Shown: piece after piece, positions 30,556 through 42,400 of the stretch | How the letters are laid out: the number at the start of each line of letters is the position of its first letter | How positions within the stretch are numbered: position 1 is the first letter of the stretch | Source: Takakia lepidozioides | Lineage: Eukaryota > Plantae > Bryophyta | DNA length: 64,000 nt | Reading direction: 5' to 3' | NCBI GenBank assembly: GCA_030704615.1 | Contig: CM060733.1 | Coordinates: 58,776,001 to 58,840,000 of the forward strand | Notes under the pieces: model-generated | Seen by the model: only the letters and a program-made list of their open reading frames with translations | Told to the model about the DNA's origin: nothing | Database searches by the model: none | Translations under genes and position numbers: made by a program

Positions 30556-32214
30556 GTGGTGGTTTGGTTTCGGTCTAAACGGGTGTTTTAAATATATGTG
30601 TAGTGCATATAGCGTAAACAATGCAATGATGGTTTGTTAATGTCAACCATGATCATGCATTAAGTTTAGTACTAGCCGTTTTATAGTCCACACCTGGTTA
30701 ATTTTTAAACTCAAAACGGCTCAAAAATCCGCATCAATGAGTCCAACAAAATGATTACAGTAAAAATCTACCCTAACCACGGATTCATGTAATTGGTCCC
30801 GAAAACCCAAATGTCAACACAGGTTGTAGCCGCTCATTACCTCTCTAGTAGGAGCTATGACACTTCCAAACTTAGGGCATATGGGGCAGCACCCCATTCT
30901 AAGCTTGGTATTGTCATATTTCATACTAGCAGGGTTTAAAGGTCTTATATTCGGGTTTATACACATCTTAAACCAGGATATAACCAGACCAACATTGGTC
31001 TAAACTCCATCTTTAGTTCTAACAAAAGAATATAAAACCATAGTTGCATCAAATTGTCATTACAAATATGTGTAGAGTTGAAAACAATCTATGCGGTTGC
31101 TAATCCATAACGAAGCAACCAGCCTCCTTTCAAATCTCTCGTGATGTGTTCTACGTTTAAGAAAGCTGTGATGCACGGGTGTATGATGCGTAGCTGAAAA
31201 AATGCATCTATAGTCTACAAGTGCACGAGGGTGCATAATAAAATTTGTCTATATACATTTTTTTATGTGCACAGTCAAGAAAGACCTTTTTTCTGTTAAC
31301 CACGATGGAGAGCTCTAAGCAGCAGGGCAAGGATTTGATGTCCTGCAAAATGTTTGTACTGCACAGAACATTAAAGTAGATGTGAGGATGAGAGTTAGAA
31401 TAAGGCAAGGAGAGCCTAACGACGGTAGCGCGCGTACAGGGAGCTGCAAAATCTGGAGGGGCGATGAAATTTGGTATGTGATGCGTCCATATATGCAACC
31501 ATCACATTTTAAATCATATGTTAACATATAAATATAGTTAAATCTAAGATATTTCATCCATGTGTCTAAAGCCCCATCAATGCATGTGGCAAATCAATGG
31601 CATGGACATTATGTTACTCAACAATCACCACTAGAGAACTTGTGCCAAAAAATTCCTATAGATGTAAGTGAGAAGTTGCAATAATTAGTAATAATGGAAT
31701 AGGAAAGTCTAATATAGGGCAAGGGGCAGTAGCCGTAAGGCGAAGTGGCTCTTAGTTACGCCGGCTTTGGCCGGAGTCTTCTCTCTCTAGGAAAGTATAA
31801 CCATAAAATCAAATCTACAAATGCATACTCCTAAAGCGCAAGTAGAAGTTACAAACCTATAACACAATTTGGGCTAAATGTAACATCATCAACATATAAC
31901 TTAAGTATCTATTGCTCAGTGTTACGCAATCATGATTCATGCCCTACTAACTCCACGTCCACATATCTTGAATTTAAAGAGGAGTCATTTCTTTCAGGTT
32001 GGCTGAATCACACTAGGTATAGGTAAAATCAATGCCAAGATAAGTAAATTTACTGTGAGTAGATGAATTAGTCATCATTGGTCTTCATGTCCTCACCTCA
32101 ATACACCTCAAATTTTAACACAAAAGCCATGAGTTAGACGACTTCTCTCCAAGGAAATTCAACATTATGACGGTAAGAAGTTGATCAGCTTATCATTGTT
32201 GGACAACGAGATGA

Positions 32215-32989
32215 AGTCGACCTCCTCATAAGCCCATTCTCCATCACAATTTGGAATAAATTGCATGGTGCTCATGTTTCGAAATGATGTTCTATACTGA
32301 GGGACAAGAAGCAGGTAATGTTCACGTTGGAAATAGATCCCGCAATAAAAGCTTATAGAGACGTCCGGACCAAACATAAAATTCTTCTTGTTGAGAGATA
32401 GAGTTATCAAATGCTAACAAAATTGGGGTCATTGAAGTTGGATGGACATAATAGTATGGTTGATCTTGCTAAATGAGTTTTTCATATGCTTCGTATGTAA
32501 CTGGGATGACTCCCCTATTGTAGTTACACTATAATTTGTGTTGACAGTTGCTTACCAAACACCCTTATTGGAAGGATCACAAATAAAGTTTGTTATATGT
32601 TATGTGCAAAGTGGACCTCCTCATAAGCCCATTCTCCAATACGATTTCGAACAAATTACACGATACTCATGTTTTGAAAATATGTTCTATGTCGATGGAC
32701 AAGAAGTAGGTGATGTTGATGCTGGGAGTAAATCTCATAATAAAAGATTATAGAGACGTCCGGACCAGGCATAGAATTCTTCTCGTCAAGAGATAGAGTT
32801 ACCAAATTCTGACAAATTTGGGCCAATGAAGTTGGATACGGTTGATCTTGCTAAAGAAGTTTTTCATATGCTTCTTATATAACAGGGAGGACTTCCTTAT
32901 CATAGTTACACTATAATTTGTGTTAAGAGCTGTTTACCAAACACCCTTTAAATTGGAAGAATCACAAGTAATGCCTCTTATATGTTATG
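32215..32989. repeat. Diverged tandem duplication, period ~395 bp x2
   Basis: GACCTCCTCATAAGCCCATTCTCCA, ATAGAGACGTCCGGACCA, GGTTGATCTTGCTAAA and TAGTTACACTATAATTTGTGTT each occur twice at ~390-400 bp spacing. Confidence 0.9.
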
Positions 32990-33585
32990 CCAAACAACCT
33001 TGTTATCATCATGGACATCTGATGTTGAAGCCAACCTCCCCTTCCCCTTCTCCTTTTCCTCTGTGCCCTCCTGCGTCAATAGCTCTATACAAGTTTCATT
33101 CGCATCCAATCGATCCACCAATGATAAGCCTTCATGAGTGTAAATATCCTCCCATCATTGGGAGGGAAGCTTATAACAATGCAAAAATCCTCAATGTTGC
33201 CATTGGGAAATCTTTTGAGGAGGGCGAGCAAGAGGCATATCAAGATTTGTGCTGGAGAGGTAGCTCCAAATTACGGTACACTAACTAATGGTTGACTTCT
33301 TCCCATGCTCTCTCGTTTGCTCTCTAAGCTTTCGTCTCTCACTAACCTATACCTCACACTTTGGAACCCTTGCCGATCACATACAGGTGTAGAATCCCTT
33401 AACACCCTCCTCTCCCTCACCGTCTCATCACGGCCCAAACGAAGAATGTCCCTAAAACTACAGGTGGCACTAGAGCTAGAGCTACCGAAAGGAAAATATG
33501 GTTTTCATTGTTTGCCATGATTCCTGCAATGATAAGACAAAAAAAAATTGTTAAGAGATTATGCTGTTGTTGCAAATGTTTGTCT

Positions 33586-33847
33586 GCCTAAGGTAACCTA
33601 TCCAAGAAATCAGTCACATCTTCACGTCGTTGAAGAAACTATTAGCTCCCCACGGAAGAGAAGTCAATCTCTCATGAAGTTCTTCTACAAGTTCGTTTGG
33701 CCGCGAGAAGCCATCCGCCTAAGGTGACCTATCCAAGAAATCAGTCACATCTTCACGTCGTTGAAGAAACTATTAGGTCCCCATGGAAGAGAAGTCAATC
33801 TCTCCTGAAGTTCTTCTACAAGTTCATTTGGCCGCGAGAAGTCATCC
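33586..33847. repeat. Tandem duplication, 131 bp x2, nearly identical
   Basis: GCCTAAGGT(A/G)ACCTATCCAAGAAATCAGTCACATCTTCACGTCGTTGAAGAAAC...GGCCGCGAGAAG(C/T)CATCC starts at 33586 and 33717. Confidence 0.95.
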
Positions 33848-34244
33848 CAGCCTACAGTGTTGTAAACGTGATCTATACTGATTAGCTCATAGTCTAACAA
33901 CAAAGGAAAGCAAGTCTCCAAAAACTTCAGAAGCTCTAACAATGTGGCTACAGGACGGAGATATTTCATACAAGCACTACGAGCATGTACTATAGATGGA
34001 AGCTTATAAAATTGTACTTAAACTCTCTTTTAAAAACAAATTCTTCTGTGTGGACCCTCCGTGGATATGTAATGTTGCTCAAGACATCTATTCACAAAAA
34101 CTTAAAGATCTCCACTCTTACGTTAGCCAACTTAAGCATTATTCACAATAACAGCTATAATTTACTTACACGACCTTCACAGCAGGAGTAGACTCTCCGG
34201 ATATGGTCCAGATAGATGTTTGCTAATGGGTAAGGGTATCATGG

Positions 34245-34953
34245 CAGGGTACCAGACCAGGCGGGTATACACAACTCGTAATACCCCGGGGCAGAACATA
34301 TTGGGGGCAATATAGTGAAACGCTAATACCTGGGCTCCTACCATACCAGCCTGGTATCGCAAGGAATGCAGCTTTGTCGATACCAGTACTATGTCTACCA
34401 CTGTCGCTTGCACCCTAGGTATCAATATGTGGAGTGTTAGGGATTTAGGGATTTAGGGTGCAACATGGAGAGTTGCGGCTCTTTGATTGAGACGATCTAA
34501 ATGGCGATTTTGGCGAAAATATGCTTAGGCTTGGAGCATTGTCTCATTTATCAGTCTGTAATACGGCTCTTGTAAGGTGACCTCAAGTTACCTAAGGTGA
34601 GATCTTGCTCCTTGTTATCACTCAGCCGCTGAGGTGATCACTTCAGCGGCTGAAGTGCTCACCTCAGCGGTATAATTTGGACTGATTTTTATTTTTCAGT
34701 TTTAAAATAAATAAATAAATAAATAGCTGTATTGATACCAGTATTGATATACCCCCAATATAAGATTTGAAATTTGAAATACTGATACCATACCATACCA
34801 GGCCAAACAAAAACAATATACATACCAGACTGGTACATTAAAAGCTTAATACCTACTTTGATACCATTACTTGGCAGGTATGAAGGAGGCCTCTTCACCA
34901 ACAATACCATACCCTGGCTGGTATGAAATGTTGATGATACCGGTCCAACACTG
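34245..34953. mobile_element. Possible non-autonomous DNA transposon (hAT/MITE-like) relic
   Basis: Dense GGTAT/ATACC subterminal motifs at both ends, loose termini CAGGGT.../...ACACTG, internal TTTAGGG-like repeats and a nested palindrome; no matching 8-bp TSD. Confidence 0.35.
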
Positions 34954-35230
34954 GTTAACACTTCCATGTTATGACCTTTCACTTTCCTCATTCCTCCATA
35001 AGGAACTAATTTTCTTTTGTTTTTATTCGTTATTTAGTTGGAAAATTTGTGGAAATTTCAAACATCTACCCGTTTAAAAATCTAACATTCGTTTTTCCGC
35101 ATATCTCGCTACTATGCTTCCTTCTCTATCTCGGGTGCTGTACCCTTAATGGTTCACTCTCATTTTCTCATAAGCTACTGTTGTACAGTTATCGAGCACG
35201 ATCTCTTGTGCGAACATGCTCATAGCTGCC

Positions 35231-35330
35231 TTCAGGCTTATAAGAGTTTTAATTTTTTCCCTACAATAATCATTCAATAAAGTTAAACCAGGGCCACTGT
35301 CCCCTGTTCTGAAAAAAAAAAAAAAAAAAA
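35231..35330 (+). mobile_element. Isolated L1 3' UTR with poly(A) tail
   Basis: AATAAAGTTAAACCAGGGCCACTGTCCCCTGTTCTG followed by an A-tract; resembles the tail of the 28878 LINE. Confidence 0.7.
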
Positions 35331-36021
35331 CCTTCTCCATTCAGTAATAAATTTGATCAAACAATTTTGTTTATAATTTCTAGGATAAATCCAAAGTAAG
35401 GGAGCCGTTTTCTTGTCGAAAGTATTATCCTCCCTTTTAACTCGAAAATTCCTCGAATCAGTATTTACAGGTTTCTCGTCATACATTATGGCTCTATTTC
35501 ATTATCGGTTTCACATCATCGATTGGTAAAAGGCTAGCCTGTAAGTCGAAATGATGATTGAATATTTTGAATTACCAAAAAATTACTTATGATTATAATT
35601 GTTCAATAATTCTGATTTAACTGCACGCGACGTATTAATCCAACTTAGAATCTAATTCTTTTGTAACTTAGTTGTGGTAACTTCCCGTAACATAAATCCA
35701 AAGCTTTAGGTTTAGCTTATGGAAAAATACATTGCGATAGGAAGATAAGAAGAAGTAGGATTTAGAAAAAAGAAATAAAAGTTCAGATGGTTTTTTTTAC
35801 TTCTAACTATCATGAAATAAAATTATTGCATCACTATTATAAGATCTTATAAAGGTAATGAAAATATATAGATATATTTGTTACTGCCTCTCAGATGTCA
35901 AACCTAATCCCAATCTGACTGTATAACTATAGACAACAGGAGCGCATCACAAACCAAAAGATGCTCGGTAGATGAGTAAGCTGCTGAGCTCTTCGGATCA
36001 TTATAGCGGAAAAAAAAGAAT

Positions 36022-36140
36022 TGAAATGAAATGAAATTGTACTTTATAATGTCAGTTAAAGAAAGAAAAGACAAGAACTATGGAATGGCCATAGAAGCCC
36101 AAAGAGTTTACGTGACAATGCTCGAAAACTCGAATTCGTC
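36022..36140 (-). mobile_element. Short 3' end of the (CATTT)n-tailed element family
   Basis: GAAATGAAATGAAATTGTACTTTATAATGTC...AAGCCCAAAGAGTTTACGTGACAA, homologous to 28508-28572. Confidence 0.5.
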
Positions 36141-36144
36141 AAAA

Positions 36145-36326
36145 TGTCAATGTTGCTCACCTTCATGTCTCTTCTCTCTCTGCTTGTAGCCATGTAGGCC
36201 TTGTGGATGAAGGCCATCGCTATTTTCATTTCATGAGTCAAATTCATGGCCTGACACCTTTGGTGGCCCATTTTTGCTGCATGGTGGATCTTCTTGGCCG
36301 TGCAGGCCGCCTGGATGATGCAAAGG
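36145..36326 (+). pseudogene. PLS-class PPR protein fragment
   Basis: TFMSLL / ACSHVGLVDEGHRYFHFMSQIHGLTPLVAHFCCMVDLLGRAGRLDDAKE, a canonical L2/S2 motif; truncated at both ends. Confidence 0.9.
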
Positions 36327-39300
36327 AAATTAAAACTCTTATAAGCCTGAAAACTGGTAAGCTAGAAAACCTGCACAGGGGACGGTAACTATCAACCGTC
36401 CCAATTCACTCATAGTGCCTTTGAAGTGCCCACTTGAGCTGAAACAAGGATGTTCCCAGTTAGAGGGCATGAATTTGCCTGTAAGCAATTCCGAAGGCAG
36501 AAAGTTGGTGAAAGGCCTATCAAAGCACCAGTTGGTAGTGCTTGCATGCTGGGTCCAAATCGCCTTTGCTACACTGTGGGATCTGATGTGTTCATTGCTG
36601 ATCTATTTGAGAAGATGCAGCCTTTTTCAACAAGCAATGCAACACTTGGGCTATCGCATGGCTTCTGTGGGGTTGAACCTTATTCATCAACAGTGGGTGT
36701 TAGTATGGCACGGAACAGCTATGAGACCAAAAAGCCAACAGTCCCCAGTGGCTCCTCCAAATCTCAGAAATCAATACAGTAACCTAGGGAGCAATTTATA
36801 TCTCAAAGGGTGCCAATTGACAATGTGGTTGGAATAGCTGGAATTGGTTATCCATGGCTTACACAAGCAGCCGACCACTGGTGGTTTTAATTGTTGGGGG
36901 AAACCTCCTGGGAGTGAAAGTCTCTGAGCAGGTCACCGTGCTAGCAAAAATGAAAGCTGTGGGTTTGCAAAAATTTTGAGAACCAGGGTGTCTCTGCCAG
37001 CCGCTGTGGAGAAGAGAGTTGATTGCAGATGGCAGGGCAGCCTTTGTGCTGAGCTGATTATGGAACAAAAGCAAGAAAATGTGGAATACCAAAATCAAAA
37101 GGTACCCATGATTACATCTGAAACATCCCACCACCTAGCAGTCATTGAACACTAACCAACATCAAATCTCGACTTTCCATACCCATGCACCTATCCTGTG
37201 GAGTGTCTTGCTGTGATGCTAAAGGAAGAGGAGTGCTCCACCTTTTTTATTCGTTCCATTAGGAATAGTCATCAGTGCAGATATGTTGACAATGAGACAT
37301 TGTGACGTCCTCTCATACGAAGCTAGCTTCACAGTGTCCGAAGTGGCTAAGCCCATATTTTGTGAAGGGGACAAGCATGACAACATCCAATGGCTTGGGC
37401 CGGCACAATATTTCTGAATTTACATGACTGGCCTTCAGTTTGTTCAAAGAATGCAGTCAGCACAGCTTGAGGAAAACGTCATAGAGTGAGCATAAATTAT
37501 GGTGATAGCCCAGTCCATGCACCGCCCCAGACAACACCCTTATCACCATGTACATCAAGTGCGGGAGCACAGTGGAGGCACACCAAGTGTTTGACAATTT
37601 GGAGTATGATGATTGCAGGATTTGCTAAGCTTGGGCTTGCTGAGAAGACTTTCAAACTCTATGAGAAAATGCAAGGGGAAGCGATAACACCCAACAAGGT
37701 CACATTCACTTGTGGTCTCAATGCATGTGCCAAGCTAGGACGCCTGGAAAGAGAGCAGCGGGTCCATGCTGACATTGATGTGTCCATCTTATGAGATTGA
37801 TTGCTCTTTGTGGTGCTTAATACCATGGATGCTTGTGGCTGGTGTGTGGGTTGGAAACATCACAGAGGACGGGGTCAACATTTCAGAGCCTTATGGGATT
37901 ACAAAGCCTTTTACAACCCCACAACTTAGGCTGAGGGGTACTGGTAACTAGGGAGTAAGGAAGGCACCGTCCTGACAAAGCTGGCCTTCAGATGAATGTT
38001 GATGTTATGTAGACTGCTAAGGGGCTACCCATGCCTTTGCGATATGTGTGTACATGAGCCCAATCGAGGAGGACATACAAGCCACCCCCTGCCCCTCGAG
38101 CAATTGCTGCCATAAAGTTGCAATGCTCATTGACTTGCACATTCCACAACAATATGGATGGGATTGTCCAGAGATATTCAAAAGGTTCTGAGAACCATGG
38201 AGTTAATGGGATTCCAACCTTTCTTTGCTGGAGGTTTGAGCTTGCTGGTGGTTGCGTATATCATTGAGTGCGAACAATCAGTTGTCCACATCAAAACAAC
38301 CAAAATGTGCATCACTTCAGGGGATTGAGAAGCCCCAAATATCAAACTTGGAATTGCATTACTGCAGAGGTGGTGGAAGATGTGGGGATATTGCCAGTAG
38401 AAATACTGCCCTTACAAGCACTTTGTGCAGGGGGCACGTCCTCGACATAGCTCTGCACTGTCTTGATTGTCCTCCTCTGATTTTGCTTTTCTTTGCGCAA
38501 CTTTTTGAATTGAAACAATACACAGATCTCTTAGTGTTAAGACACAATGGACTGTTCCCCAGTTTGGACTTTTTCACAAGTCCCCTGCAAATGGACCTCT
38601 TTTGACCTTTCCTTTGAGGTCAAAAGCTGAAGCTCTTCCAGGCACTGATAAAGTCTCCAAGGAAGTTAAGGTTGATTGTGCTAAGTTCCTTGCCAAAGGC
38701 CTGTGGTCTTGTTAAGAGCCTTTAATGCCGGGTGAGCAAGGGCCAACACCAGGACACCGTCATCGGGCCTTCTGGCGAGGATGAGCAGCAAGCAACACTA
38801 AGGGTTCCCTCTGAGGCATGTTGACACATCCCACAAATAGTTCCTTAGCCCTCATGCCGCCCTTCAGTTTCAGTCTTAGCCAAATACTGTGAAGTTCCTT
38901 GTTGATGATTTCAGAATTATGACACAGGAAATCAAGGCCAAAGACCATGCTTTGGAGAAGCCGTCTTGAGGGCACACATCTTACTGTACCACTTATAGCC
39001 AACGAGATCCCCAACCATCTTGTCCTTAGTTTCCCATGTCTCTTGCCCAGCATAAATGTGGGTGCCAATTAGCTTGAAGAACTTGTCCCACTTCACATTG
39101 TTTCATTTTAAGATGCCAGCCGCAAGCCAGATCAAAGGACACAGTTGGAAAAACTGTTCCTATGATTCAAGACAGCCTCCATAAAGTTAAGCACTTACTT
39201 GGCAGTAAAATAAAGAGCCTCAAAGCTAGACAAAGTTTCCTAACCTGGATAGTCGCATTGAGAAGATGGACAATGTTCTAAAAATGAACTCCACGCTTCT

Positions 39301-39400
39301 CCTCATCTCCGTTATCTGTTTTTGGATACTTTCCTGCTGCCACATCGGCAGTAACTTGTCAAAGTCACTCCAAACCACCACAGATCCACAAAACGAGCTA
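36327..39400 (-). mobile_element. Decayed L1-type LINE body lacking its terminal tail, interrupted by a PPR fragment
   Basis: The 3' UTR 25-mer and CATAGTGCCTTTGAAGTGC resemble the corresponding region of the 28878 LINE (CATCATGCCCAATGAAGTGC); fragmentary ORF2-like motifs (VKWDK); 5' limit approximate. Confidence 0.55.
37545..37775 (+). pseudogene. PLS-class PPR protein fragment
   Basis: MYIKCGSTVEAHQVFD / WSMMIAGFAKLGLAEKTFKLYEKMQGEAITPNKVTFTCGLNACAKLGRLEREQRVH. Confidence 0.9.
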
Positions 39401-39437
39401 ACTTACAGAATTCAGTATGCATCTCAGGGCCGAGTCT

Positions 39438-42400
39438 GATGAGATGAAACCCTGTAAGACTTTATTTACAACATGTACAATGGGTGAACGTGCATATGAT
39501 GTGAAGTTCCCAAAAAGGGGGGGGAGGAACAAGAAACAAGAGAAGAAAACAAAAAGCTATAGTAAGCTACTCAATCAGCGACGAAAACAGAAGCCATAGT
39601 AAATTACTCAAGCAGAGCGACCCTCCCATCCAACAGCCTGGAGGAGATCAAGCAAGGAGATAGACAAAGTGTCAGGCAGAGGCGGAAGATGAGATGACGC
39701 GGAGCTAGCCACATCAGCCCGATGCAAAATAGAGATGGCTTATGCTCTCTGCAAAGCAACTGAAACACGTTGTCGATAGTAGGCGACAAGGACGGAGGCA
39801 TGTGGGATGTCAGTGGACCCGCTCTTGGCTGCATGATGTGCACATGTCCGCAGGAAATCGTCGAAGTGCCGGTGCAATGAGCCAAATATTTCGACCGTCA
39901 GTGGAAGAAATGTGTCGGTGGGGTGACGATCGCTGTAGTCGCGCTCCTTGGCCTGGCCTGCTACAGTGGCTGCCGTGCCTGGTGTGGTAGCTGCGCGAGA
40001 TAGCAGATCCGCTCGAGTGGGGTCGGCGAGAACGACATCTGCTAAGGTACGCAATCCATCTCTAGATAGGACGATGTCAACACGGCGGTGTGAAGAGTGG
40101 GACGTGAGCGTGGGTCATAGATGTGGTTGCTCACGCAATATATGATACCCTGCCTCCCGAGCAATAGATGCCACCGCATCGCAAACCATATCATGAGACG
40201 CAGTGCGCTCACCACCACATGGACAGCGGAGGAGATGGATGGCAAAGTCATCGATGGGCTGAAGACAGACGCAGCGCTGAAGGCCCAATGCCAAAGGATG
40301 AGGCAAACCGAGTCGAAGGCGGAGCGCAGTAGTGAAAATAGGGGATGAGAGGCGAAAATGTGCGATAGTGGGTGGTGCTGTCAACCATGCCTCTACTCCG
40401 GGTCCTGCGCATGATAGAAGTTGGGCTCGATGAAACTGAGAAGAAGCACTTGAGAGCATGCCGGAAAAAGAATGACGGTGCACGCGCTCGGAAATGAACT
40501 CCTCAAGATGAGGCCTTGAGCAACCAACTGCTCAAATGGTGGTAGACATGCTTGCGCCGGTGCCGGAAGAAGATCTCGTGCAGAGCGGAGATGCTGCTGG
40601 AAGGATAAAATGCCACTGTCGACATGTGCAACGGCGTCCATAAGGATGGGACGATGGTCACAGAGAAATCGTGAAGCGAGGGCTGGCGCCACCAATGCCC
40701 AACTGCCGAGGAAAGCTAACGGGGCGGTAGTGACAGTGGACAAAAGACCCACACCACTGGAAGAGACGGGCAAGGTGGCTTGCTGTCGTGGCAAAAGTCC
40801 CTGAGCACCCTCCAGAGCTCCTGGTCCTAACAATCTCCCGAAGATAGTTATCATGGTAGTATCAAACCCAGATAAGAGGTGTAGGAAATCTGGGCTGGGT
40901 GGAACAGTGCGTAAGAGATATGAGGGACGCTGAAGAAAACATTTGGTCAAGATTCCATATGCTACCTGTACATCTCCGAGCCTAGGAAGGAGATCGGCGT
41001 GGGCGGCATCCTGGTGGAGTGCATCTTCCAAGAAGGACTTTGTGAACTGGGTGGTGCCAAAAGGGACTTCCAGGATTCTGATGTCATTGGGCAGAGCAAT
41101 GAAGTGAGCAGGGAGGACAAAATCTGCAGGGAGACCGGACGGAGACCACACCGCACATTTGCGAGGTTGCACTGAAAGGCCCACGGCAGAGAGTTGGGTG
41201 ACAAAATGATAGTAAGCTGAAAGTACCTGTGAGGCAGGGCCAACAATGTGCGTGTCGTCTACCACCGACGGAAAAAGACAAGATGAGTGAACTTGTGCAG
41301 AAGCCGTGAGGGCGCGGACATGAGCCATGGCTCCTAAAGGGTCGCCTTGGCAGGTCCCAACCTCGGACTGAATGATGGAGCACTCACCTAGGCGAGAATG
41401 ATGACTGTAGTATAGGGGAGTGGTGGATGCATAGAATAATCGAACAAACGGAATGAGCTGGTGGAAATCTCCTCCGGCTGAACGGAGCTCCTGAAAGATA
41501 GCCGCTCGTGACACAGTGTTGAAAGCGTTGGTGACGTCGACCTAGAGAACCACCCAATCCAGATGAAGATCAAGAGCTGCATGAATCCCCTAAACCACCG
41601 CCTCGCAACCGCCTGGAGTGGCGACCCCGAACTGGTGTGGAAAGAGGTGTCCGGAGAAGGCATCTCGAAACTGAAGACAAAGTGAGCGGCTGACAAGGCG
41701 GTAAAGAACCTCTCCAACTGCGATAGGGCGGATGCCAGTACCTGAGGGTTTGCTCATAGCCAACAATCTGGAGGCCCCAAGGAGACGGGCCACTGGGGCA
41801 GGGATACGGCTAGCAGCAATAAAGGAGCAAATCTGAAATAGCTGAGAGAAGCCACTAGCAGAGTCATGTGGAGAGAAACAGTCGCGTAAGTGCTCATACA
41901 GGAGACCGGAAGGACCTGCCGCTGCAAGATGGGGACTGCGCGTGAAGGCCTGAGTGAAGACCTCCCGATCTAGCTTGAGATCCTGGTCTGGCTCGAAGTC
42001 CTCAACAAAAAGCGGCAGAATATCCTGAGCTGATGGGTGAAGGGCTTCGAGGGCAGTGACAGTATCCGGTGATGGAGGCGCTGCTGAGGAAGGTGCTAAA
42101 GCCTTGGCCGCACGTGAGTACTCGCCAACGCGGCCTAACATGAGACTATGACGAAGTCGCCTGTGGGCCGATGAGGGTGGCTGCGTGGAGGAAGCAGGAG
42201 GGGCGCGTGCCGCAAGGGCTAGTGCCCGTAATTGATGCTCATCTTGCAGACTCTCCCAATCTCCAGATAAAAAACGGCGAAGACGGATGCGCGTCTCTCT
42301 GTGCCGTGACTGACCGCCATGAGGGGGCAAAACCAAACACCACTGAGGAAATAACAAGAAAAGATACCATGCTGGTATATCATCAGGATCACGAGCCAGC

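Noticed and set aside
31757-31790. Helitron 3' end (CCGGC-TTTG-GCCGG hairpin then CTAG); similar weak cases near 28740-28772 and 30825-30848
   Set aside because: Only a 5-bp stem, CTAG is followed by G rather than T, and there is no 5' TC end or Rep/Hel sequence
36056-36271. Minus-strand ORF (AMAFIHKAYMATS) resembling the CRE C-terminus
   Set aside because: It is simply the antisense of the PPR motif ACSHVGLVDEGHRY
39425-39454. Hammerhead-like core on the + strand: CAGGG-CC-GAGT-CTGATGA-GAT-GAAA-CCCTG
   Set aside because: Core boxes and stem III are in type III order, but stems I and II have only 4 and 3 nt and cannot form, and U16.1 is C. It is better explained as the antisense of the CRE 3' end.
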